A DNA stretch of 64,000 nucleotides. Source: a virus. The translations under genes were made by a program, and so were the position numbers. Under the pieces are notes generated by a model. That model did no database searches, was not told the origin of the DNA, and saw nothing but the letters and a program-made list of their open reading frames with translations. Positions 56,313 to 63,585 of the stretch are shown piece after piece. Location: positions 27,886 to 91,885 of the IMG/VR virus record IMGVR_UViG_3300023179_000056; one strand, written 5' to 3'. Every line of letters starts with the position of its first letter. The stretch's first letter is position 1.

Positions 56313-56370
56313 AGCTTTCGCTGACAAAACTAATTATATACAAAACAGCGATACAAATCAACTGTTTCGG

Positions 56371-56853
56371 CTAAGCTGCTCGGCGATTGCTCAACACCCA
56401 ATCCAGCCTGTCAGCAGCATAGCTGGCAGCAAAGGCTCTAGGCTTGACCATTGGAATCACATTGCAAGTGCCTTTGATGTAACCAATTGCTTGGTTAACC
56501 ACCACAGAGCTTTTGTGCATTTGATCTGGATTGATGTCCAAATGTACTTCCACAACACGATCTTCAAGCACATCACTCATCTTTTGGAACAGTTCACTAA
56601 CCTTGTATACTTCGTTCATGAGTCTCATGGCAGGTTTGTCGCTGCGTTGATCCCAGTCACGTTCACGTTGTACTTCACCAAAGATTTTGCAACCATGGCA
56701 GCTATCAATGTGTACAACCACCGCCAGAGCATAGTCTGCGTACCATACGTCATTGACTTTTACTCGTTCGCTGTCGCAGCCCAGATACACACTGGTTTCA
56801 GGACTTTGAGCATGTATAAATGCTTTGACTTTTTCTAGGTCCATTTTTTTCAT
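56371..56853 (-). CDS. RNase H-like YkuK (DUF458) family protein
   Basis: YLGCDS...RLMNEV...EVHLDIN...KP.AFAASYAAD; ends in TAG. Confidence 0.85.
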   Translation of the reverse strand: MKKMDLEKVKAFIHAQSPETSVYLGCDSERVKVNDVWYADYALAVVVHIDSCHGCKIFGEVQRERDWDQRSDKPAMRLMNEVYKVSELFQKMSDVLEDRVVEVHLDINPDQMHKSSVVVNQAIGYIKGTCNVIPMVKPRAFAASYAADRLDWVLSNRRAA

Positions 56854-56870
56854 AGTTGACTTTCTTTTAT

Positions 56871-56945
56871 TGGCGTACCCCGAAGGACTCGAACCCTCAA
56901 CTTACGGCTTTGGAGGCCGATGTGTTGCCATTACACCAGAGATAC
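56871..56945 (-). tRNA. tRNA-Trp(CCA)
   Basis: Loop CTCCAAA, G73, CCA. Confidence 0.9.
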
Positions 56946-56979
56946 ATTTTACTTACTTACACACTTTCACATTACACTT

Positions 56980-57071
56980 TGGTACGAGCGGAGAGGATCG
57001 AACTCTCTCAAGAACCCTAATCTGGGGCTAAAAGGCTTATAAAACCTCTCTGACTACCAAGTCTCGCTCGC
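56980..57071 (-). tRNA. Atypical tRNA with TAT anticodon and long variable arm
   Basis: Loop TTTATAA, tiny D-arm (GACT-TGGT-AGTC), long V-arm, CCA. Confidence 0.75.
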
Positions 57072-57078
57072 AATATTC

Positions 57079-57153
57079 TGGTCCGGCGTAGAGGAATCGA
57101 ACCTCTATAATGACTTTAGAAGAATCATGTCCTATCCGTTGAACGAACGCCAG
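57079..57153 (-). tRNA. tRNA-Arg(TCT)
   Basis: Loop CTTCTAA, CCA. Confidence 0.9.
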
Positions 57154-57161
57154 AAAATCTT

Positions 57162-57244
57162 TGGTGCGGGTAGAGAGACTCGAACTCTCACGCTAAAGCG
57201 TCTGGGCTTAAACCAGGTGTGTCTGCCAATTCCACCATACCCGC
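57162..57244 (-). tRNA. tRNA-Leu(TAA)
   Basis: Loop TTTAAGC, variable arm, CCA. Confidence 0.9.
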
Positions 57245-57272
57245 ACTTATTTTTTTTGCTCTTTCAATGTGT

Positions 57273-57346
57273 TGGTCTCGGTAGGAAGAATCGAACTTCC
57301 GCTTCATGCTCCCAAAGCACGGGTGATACCATTTCACTATACCGAG
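57273..57346 (-). tRNA. tRNA-Pro(TGG)
   Basis: Loop TTTGGGA, CCA. Confidence 0.9.
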
Positions 57347-57353
57347 TATTAAC

Positions 57354-57431
57354 TGGAGCAACGGGAGGGATTTGAACCCCCGGGTTTAGTGATTTGCAAT
57401 CACTTGCATTGGACCGCTCTGCCACCGTTGC
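57354..57431 (-). tRNA. tRNA-Cys(GCA)
   Basis: Loop TTGCAAA, U73, CCA. Confidence 0.9.
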
Positions 57432-57438
57432 ATGTTGT

Positions 57439-57512
57439 TGGTACCTCGTTGGAGAATTGAACTCCCGTATCCACCGTGTAAGGATGGCGTTCTACCATTA
57501 AACTACCGAGGC
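57439..57512 (-). tRNA. tRNA-Val(TAC)
   Basis: Loop CTTACAC, CCA. Confidence 0.9.
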
Positions 57513-57604
57513 AAATTTTCTATTCTGAAACACACTCATCACGCACCGTATTAACTGCGATCAACTAGTTAACCTAATAGGTATCAAAATGTGTTTTAGA
57601 ATAG

Positions 57605-58497
57605 TGGAGTGCTGAGAATACACACTTACCCAACAACACCTCGGACATTATTGTACACCTTGCGAGCATACTTTCTTCCGACTTCCACCAAGTTCTATTT
57701 CTAGATATCCTGGTCTGTTGTCAACATCGCCGTTTAGAGACAGGCAGTAGTCTTGTCGCCATATGCTATTCTACGCTTTCTATCCCGTTGACCTTGCGAG
57801 CCATTCAAGTGCGCTAACACCTTACGAAACTTCCTGCATAAACAAACCTCACCTTGCGAGCTTGGGTTGACTGGATTACCTTGCGGCTCCAGTATTAGAT
57901 GCTTTTCACATATGACCGAGTCAGTCTTTGCATTTTAATCGTTAGTAGGACTTGAACCCACAGTCGACTCCTTAACAGGGAGTTAGCTTACATTAGCTTA
58001 TAACAACCTACTGCGATGTGCTGACTCAGTTGCTTCATATTCTTTTGGAATACAAAATACAACACACCACGTTCCTTTTGTCTTGCGGACTACTCAGACG
58101 TCTTTCACGATCGGCGTCGGGGTCTCGGCTTTCGCATACCCGCCACTAACCATTAAAACTGCATACAAGCCCTTGGGTGCAACCCCTTGGACAAATACAC
58201 TACCCTTTCTCATACTAACTAACTGGACTGGTTTAGTTGTGAAGTCAGCACCACCTGTTACTTTCCATCTACTCCGGTTACCCTTGCGGGCCGGTAAGCA
58301 AACGTTCTTTCCACAACATCCAGCGTCATTGTTACAACCACCGGTCTTATCAGTGATCGGATCCTCACGGACCTGAGCAGGCTTGTCTAAACGAACCATT
58401 GCTGGCGGAGTTATGTAGGCATACCTCCTTTGGCTGTGTCACCACAGTTATTCTTCATAAACCAGCAAGCTGGCCTATAGGATGTTAAACCACCCTT
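57605..58497 (-). ncRNA. GOLLD-like giant ornate RNA (~890 nt)
   Basis: Long region with no credible ORF inside a tRNA array; many GCAA/GNRA-capped hairpins on the minus strand; embedded tRNA; ends approximate. Confidence 0.7.
57937..58007 (-). tRNA. tRNA-Asn(GTT)-like element embedded in the giant RNA, no CCA
   Basis: ACTCC-CTGTTAA-GGAGT anticodon arm; GTGGG-TTCAAGT-CCTAC T-arm; weak acceptor. Confidence 0.65.
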
Positions 58498-58743
58498 GAA
58501 TTTCATTGTAACATCAACTGCTGAACTAGTCAACTATCAATGTTACCAAAATCTCTATATCCACATACACTTGCAGGAATTGAACCTGCCCACCTGGCGA
58601 CCATTTGTACATCCAGGCTGTAATCCGCTACATCTGCCCGGCCTGGGCATTTGTGCATGTGGATATAAAGACTTGAACTGTTGTCAGTCTTTATATCAAG
58701 CGAATTTTTAATGAACAATCAGTTAATTTCTTAACTTGCAGCA

Positions 58744-58772
58744 AGTATAACATCAGTGGAGATACTTGTCAA
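58744..58772 (-). promoter_or_regulatory. Sigma70 promoter upstream of the giant RNA
   Basis: TTGACA-17 bp-TATACT. Confidence 0.75.
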
Positions 58773-58773
58773 G

Positions 58774-58847
58774 TGGTAGACTCTACAAGAATTGAACTTG
58801 TTTCTGTACCATGTCAGGGTACTGTTCTTCCATTGAACTAAGAGTCT
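58774..58847 (-). tRNA. tRNA-Val(GAC)
   Basis: Loop CTGACAT, CCA. Confidence 0.88.
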
Positions 58848-58857
58848 AGGATCTGTA

Positions 58858-58947
58858 TGGCAGAGGAAGGAGGAATCGAACCCCCACCAGCTCACGCCAG
58901 TGGCCTGTTTTCCAAACAGGTGTAGGAACCATCCTACTGCATCCTCT
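58858..58947 (-). tRNA. tRNA-Ser(GGA)
   Basis: Loop TTGGAAA, long V-arm, G73. Confidence 0.88.
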
Positions 58948-58954
58948 AATGTGT

Positions 58955-59029
58955 TGGTGGAGGATAGCAGATTCGAACTGCTGACTCTGCCATGCCATGA
59001 CAGTATGTTTCCAACTATATCAATCCCCC
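58955..59029 (-). tRNA. tRNA-Ala(GGC)
   Basis: G3:U70, loop ATGGCAT, CCA. Confidence 0.88.
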
Positions 59030-59063
59030 GAGCCCGGTAAATATGTATTACCAGGAGATTTTT

Positions 59064-59252
59064 ATGAGTGACTTTTTTGCCCGCGATCCACGTATCCAAG
59101 ACGATGTAATCAGAGACCTTGAAAAAAAGATACACTATCTCATGGCCTGCATTGACAATCAAGGCATGCTCATGGACAACACTGTGTTCAACGTGCCCAG
59201 TTTGCCTAATGAAGTCATGGCCGATGCCATGGAAGTTGCACAACAATTATAA
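59064..59252 (+). CDS. Small hypothetical protein, antisense to the tRNA array
   Basis: TAAATA promoter, AGGAG RBS, MSDFFARDPRIQ... Confidence 0.65.
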   Translation: MSDFFARDPRIQDDVIRDLEKKIHYLMACIDNQGMLMDNTVFNVPSLPNEVMADAMEVAQQL

Positions 59253-59335
59253 TGGTGCCCCGGGCGGGATTCGAACCCGCAAAAACCTGGCTTCTAAGAC
59301 CAGTAGCTGTGCCAATTTGCATAAGTCACCAGGGC
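59253..59335 (-). tRNA. tRNA-Leu(TAG), atypical (short V-loop, enlarged D region)
   Basis: Loop CTTAGAA, CCA. Confidence 0.8.
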
Positions 59336-59352
59336 AAATTTCTTGGTGGTTG

Positions 59353-59426
59353 TGGTAGTAATTGAAAGAATCGAACTTTCGTCACCAGCGTATGAAACTA
59401 GGGTTTTACCATTAAACTAAATTACC
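59353..59426 (-). tRNA. tRNA(CAT), elongator Met or Ile2
   Basis: Loop TTCATAC, CCA. Confidence 0.82.
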
Positions 59427-59473
59427 AATATTTATACTTTGATTAGTCGCTATGCTACACTGCCATTAATTTT

Positions 59474-59549
59474 TGGGTTGATCTATGGGAGTTGAACCCA
59501 TTCTATCGCTTTCACAGAGCGAGGTGCGCACCGGTACACTAAGAACAAC
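59474..59549 (-). tRNA. tRNA-His(GTG), copy 1
   Basis: G-1:C73, loop CTGTGAA. Confidence 0.85.
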
Positions 59550-59565
59550 ATAAATATAGTTAAGA

Positions 59566-60666
59566 TTACATATTCAAGATAGAAGCAAATTCAGGAAAAT
59601 ATTCTTTATACGATTGATCTCTCAATTGATCAACTTCACGTATCCTATCTGATAGGCATCTAGTTAAAGTTTCCTGTCCATCACCCAGTAAATAAGTCTT
59701 GATCGGCTGTGCCGGGGCAGATAATAAATTTCTAGCTATCAAATCTTTTAAATTATTAGATAAATTAATAATGTTAAAATGCTGCGGTTTTGTTACTAAC
59801 CCAATATAGGGTACAGGTAATTCTTCTTGTTCGATCCATCTTATGAAATTGTCTAAGTAAAAAACGTTTAAGATACCAACGGTGTGACTAATGCTTAATT
59901 GAATGTTACTAGTTGCACGTTGAAATTCTTGATATCGCTTAATATTAGCATATACAATTTCCCACTTAGCGGGATGTCGCATATACTCAAATTGATTACC
60001 TACACCGTCTATACTCAGTTGAATATCAACACTTTTAAATTGCTTCCATAAAGAAATTAACTCTGGTTTGGGAAAGTTTGTACAATTTGTAATGTATCTC
60101 AGTGTTTTCTTTTCTGGATTATGATTTAATAAATATTTGATATAATCTATGTGTTCTTTTATACCCGAATAAAATGGTTCACCGCCCGGGAACTCAATCA
60201 AAATCGCGTCTTTTGACAATTCAAAAAGACGAAGCATTGTTTCAGTATTTTTATAAAATTTATTATGATTGAAAATCTTAATCTCAGGTCTATGCTTTTT
60301 TAATTCTTTTTCATCCGAAACCCAACTTGAGCTAGCATAACTTTTGCAATATCTACAAGATAGATTACATGTATTACCAAATGCAAAACTTACTATTTTA
60401 AGCGTATCATTAAAAGATTCTTGACATAGAGTACTTGACTCTAATTGTCTTTTGCTATCTTTGCCTGATAATTCATCTTTCCAACATCTATTACATGCGC
60501 TAGGCTTTTCTCCTAACAAAAAAGCAGACTTCAACTCTTTTAGTTCTTTGCTCGATAGATAATCATCTAGATTATCTGCAATAGAAGTAGCATATTTACA
60601 GCAAGGTTTGAATTCCCCCTGAGGACTAATGTCTATTCCTTGCCACGGTAGCTTACAAAAAGTCAT
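59566..60666 (-). CDS. Radical SAM protein (twitch-domain type), AT-rich
   Basis: FCKLPW...KPCC; CNLSCRYC; GGEP; TAAATA directly upstream of ATG 60666. Confidence 0.88.
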   Translation of the reverse strand: MTFCKLPWQGIDISPQGEFKPCCKYATSIADNLDDYLSSKELKELKSAFLLGEKPSACNRCWKDELSGKDSKRQLESSTLCQESFNDTLKIVSFAFGNTCNLSCRYCKSYASSSWVSDEKELKKHRPEIKIFNHNKFYKNTETMLRLFELSKDAILIEFPGGEPFYSGIKEHIDYIKYLLNHNPEKKTLRYITNCTNFPKPELISLWKQFKSVDIQLSIDGVGNQFEYMRHPAKWEIVYANIKRYQEFQRATSNIQLSISHTVGILNVFYLDNFIRWIEQEELPVPYIGLVTKPQHFNIINLSNNLKDLIARNLLSAPAQPIKTYLLGDGQETLTRCLSDRIREVDQLRDQSYKEYFPEFASILNM

Positions 60667-60813
60667 CTTATATTTAACATGCAATATAACAGGATGCATT
60701 TTTACGTTTTAGATTAGAAGTCTAGTGTATAAAATGTTTGCAGTTAGCATCCTAAAATTGGTTTCCAGCAGGTAACGCTACTTGATATTAAGTTAAGGGC
60801 AATAAATACTATT

Positions 60814-60978
60814 ATGAAAACATACAAGAATCATACTCCAAGTGGTTTGAACTTCCACCTGTCACTTAGTGACTCTGGCGTTTGCTACATCATTGTGTAC
60901 GATGTGTTTACTGCCGAAGCTCAAATGCGTTATTTTACCAACGTGTCTCGAGCCTTGCGTTTTATCAACAATCTTTAA
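60814..60978 (+). CDS. Small hypothetical protein (54 aa)
   Basis: Translated by hand: MKTYKNHTPSGLNFHLS...FINNL; ATAAATA upstream. Confidence 0.6.
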   Translation: MKTYKNHTPSGLNFHLSLSDSGVCYIIVYDVFTAEAQMRYFTNVSRALRFINNL

Positions 60979-60979
60979 T

Positions 60980-61054
60980 TGGGGTGACTAACGGGTAACG
61001 ATCCCGTGCTACAACTTTCACAGAGTTGGGTGCTTCCATTACACCATAGCCACC
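60980..61054 (-). tRNA. tRNA-His(GTG), copy 2
   Basis: G-1:C73, loop CTGTGAA, atypical T-loop ATCGTTA. Confidence 0.85.
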
Positions 61055-61582
61055 ATATCTTTTGTCTACTATATAGAAACATTTTCAATATTAGTTCAAT
61101 GCTGGCACAAAGAACCGTTCGCCCCTGCCAGGGGACCGAAGTAGTTACCGCTAATTTCTGGGCGGCACCCTCCCCGTCAAAAATGTTTATATATGGCCCC
61201 AGTCTCTCCTAGGAAGTCACGACTGACGCTGCCGTTTACGCTGGGTAATGACCCCAGACCGGAACCTTACCATATAGAAACACACCGCTGTTGCTACGTC
61301 ACAGGTAGGGTGATCAATCCTCTTACCGATGTGTTTTTATATAGCGAACTCATTGTAGACAGGATTCGAACCTGCAAGAGGCGTTTATTTCCTCAGGCCC
61401 CTTCAATGAGGCCCATGTATACCATTCCATCACTACGAGTTCATCGGGTCATGACTCCCGATTCTGGTCGAGGTTAATTACTCCTTCAGATACCATAAGT
61501 AAACACACTACAGGGTCCTCTATAACCTGCGCCGGAATGAATTCGAATACTTCACCGGAAGATTTAGTAATGTGTTTGCTTA

Positions 61583-61658
61583 TGGTCGGGGCACAGGGAT
61601 TCGAACCCTGAATTGGCACTTTAAAAGAGTGCTGTGATAACCGTTTCACTATACCCCG
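61583..61658 (-). tRNA. tRNA-Lys(TTT)
   Basis: Loop CTTTTAA, CCA. Confidence 0.9.
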
Positions 61659-61663
61659 TATAT

Positions 61664-61738
61664 TGGTCCCGTGGCTCAGATTCAAACTGAGTTCTCTCGG
61701 CTTAAGAGGCCGGACTTCATCATCAAAGTTTCCTCGGG
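61664..61738 (-). tRNA. tRNA-Lys(CTT)
   Basis: Loop CTCTTAA, CCA; atypical D/T loops. Confidence 0.82.
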
Positions 61739-61855
61739 CGGTGCATACTAAATTGTCTTTAATGTGCCAATCCAGGACCAATATACGGGGTCTACGATTG
61801 ACACTACATTTTACGAGATTTTCGTTTCATATAGTACCTTTTTGTTTATGTATTA

Positions 61856-61884
61856 ATTATACAACCTTTTGCAGTAGTTGTCAA
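61856..61884 (-). promoter_or_regulatory. Consensus sigma70 promoter
   Basis: TTGACA-17 bp-TATAAT. Confidence 0.85.
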
Positions 61885-61900
61885 CTGTGATCTGCTTGCA

Positions 61901-61977
61901 TGGTACCACCTGAGAGATTCGAACTCCCAATCCCCGGATTCGTAATCCAGTGCTCTATCCAGTTGAGCCAAGGCGGT
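61901..61977 (-). tRNA. tRNA-Arg(ACG)
   Basis: Loop TTACGAA, CCA. Confidence 0.92.
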
Positions 61978-62052
61978 AAAAAAACTAGTCCAGAGGCTCT
62001 CCAAATAACGGAACAAACACTCAGTCACTGTGAGTGACGCATGGACTTGACT

Positions 62053-62131
62053 TGGTTGCGGGGGGTGGATTCGCACCACCGATCTCCAGCTTATGAGACT
62101 GGCGGGGACGACTAGACTCCCCTACCCCGCG
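62053..62131 (-). tRNA. Initiator-type tRNA-fMet(CAT)
   Basis: CGCGGGG acceptor with C1xA72 mismatch; loop CTCATAA. Confidence 0.85.
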
Positions 62132-62137
62132 ATAACT

Positions 62138-62212
62138 TGGTGCCCCTTGCAAGAATCGAACTCGCACACCCTGCTTACAAAACAGGACCTCTACCATTAA
62201 GGATAAAAGGGC
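62138..62212 (-). tRNA. tRNA-Thr(TGT)
   Basis: Loop TTTGTAA, CCA. Confidence 0.9.
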
Positions 62213-62351
62213 TAAATTTCTTTTAATATGTCTTGCCATTAAATGGCAAGATCTTTGTTATAATTTTGTGTTTTATTCTTCCGTCTATTCTCCATGGCAG
62301 GAAGATATTGTAAATTGTCTTGACATTGTGGTGAGGTGCACCATGTCATCT

Positions 62352-62708
62352 TCAAAAAGAGATAACCTCTGCAGCAGATAATGCAGATCTTGCTTGTTCT
62401 AATGTAATGCCTAAATCATAGTTCATTACTAAAAATGTAGCAAACAATTCTGTTAGGTCAGTTGTATAATATTCCAGTTGTTGCTTGTACGCTTGAGCTT
62501 CGTATTTTAAACGAGCTTCTTTACTGAAATAGTATCTTAACGGAAACATAATTGGGTTGCTCCAGAATTGTTTAACGTGCGTTAATTCATGTGTTAACAA
62601 TCCTCTATCTTCTTTGTACTTGGTGCGAATGAGACATACTGGTCCTATTGTGTAAGCACCAAACCGTTTTGGTATAAACCATTCTGTGTAAAATACTAAA
62701 CTTATCAT
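62352..62708 (-). CDS. Small HExxH metallopeptidase-like protein
   Basis: GLLTHELTHVKQF...YEAQAY; TAAATA and AAGGA upstream. Confidence 0.7.
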   Translation of the reverse strand: MISLVFYTEWFIPKRFGAYTIGPVCLIRTKYKEDRGLLTHELTHVKQFWSNPIMFPLRYYFSKEARLKYEAQAYKQQLEYYTTDLTELFATFLVMNYDLGITLEQARSALSAAEVISF

Positions 62709-63234
62709 AAAACTTCCTTATGTTTGTATTTATCACCATATTGAAACACCCATTGCGCTTTTAAGTAATGCTACAGCCTAGCATTTGGCTCTCACTTAAA
62801 AGAATAGATGTTTCGATATGAAAGCTGGTTACGAATCCAGCACAAGTATATCGTTCTCGTCGATCAAATCACGTATACTTACTTCGTTTAAGACTCGCCG
62901 CCTTTTACTTCGCTGTATACCACGAAGGCTGGTTACGATAACTTCCAGCGTTGGTGCCGCCCATGCAACCACAGACCTTCTCTTCCGCTACGCAGTTGAG
63001 CCAACCGATCAAGCATTAATGAATTTGTAAGCATAGACCCTCAGGTTAGTTCTATGATTTAGATGTGCAACGCTAGTCAATTCACATCGAGGTTTTCCAG
63101 GGTATGTTACTTGGGATACTTGACATAGGTGCTCCACTGCATTTACGGTACTCGAACCCGCCCTACTTTTACACTGAGTTGACCTTCGAAGAATCTTCCC
63201 AGCGAGTCTTTCTCTTGCTAACTCTTACAAAAAT

Positions 63235-63489
63235 TGGCTTCGTCAGCAGGACTCGAACCTGCGATAGGGGCTCAAAATCGCGTATGCTGGGTGCCCCCGT
63301 GTTTCCCAATGATACCCTCACATCCCCTCAATGCCTTATCTCGACGTTCACACATTTCAACCTGTTCCGCACTTCCCGGACTCACAGTGTTTGGTTTTAA
63401 AGCCTACGCGATTATTATCTACTTTGTGCTACTAGCAGCCTTATCTCACCTACTCAATGCTACTCTTTCATCCTCTACACTATAACGAA
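63235..63489 (-). ncRNA. 255-nt tRNA-like RNA with large internal insertions
   Basis: TTCGTTA/TGACGAA acceptor + GCCA; perfect GCAGG-TTCGAGT-CCTGC T-arm. Confidence 0.65.
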
Positions 63490-63497
63490 ATAAAAAT

Positions 63498-63578
63498 TGG
63501 TGGACCCCGTCGGTATTTCACCGCACTCTTAGTTCAGTAACGTTATTTCTGAACCAACGCATCTCACGTTGAGAGCCC
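63498..63578 (-). ncRNA. Non-canonical tRNA-like RNA with G3:U70
   Basis: GGGCTCT/GGGGTCC + ACCA; long hairpin in place of the anticodon arm. Confidence 0.5.
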
Positions 63579-63585
63579 ATAAACT

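Noticed and set aside
54882-59335. tRNAs with TGA, TAA and TAG anticodons as suppressors
   Set aside because: These anticodons read UCA (Ser), UUA (Leu) and CUA (Leu); only 53163-53239 reads a stop codon.
58083-59358. ORFs 58083-58376, 58094-58399, 58731-59246 and similar over the RNA array
   Set aside because: They overlap tRNAs or the giant RNA and lack an RBS and protein-like composition.
57520-62820. CRISPR array formed by the AAACAC stems
   Set aside because: They are dispersed inverted repeats with irregular spacing, and no cas genes are present.
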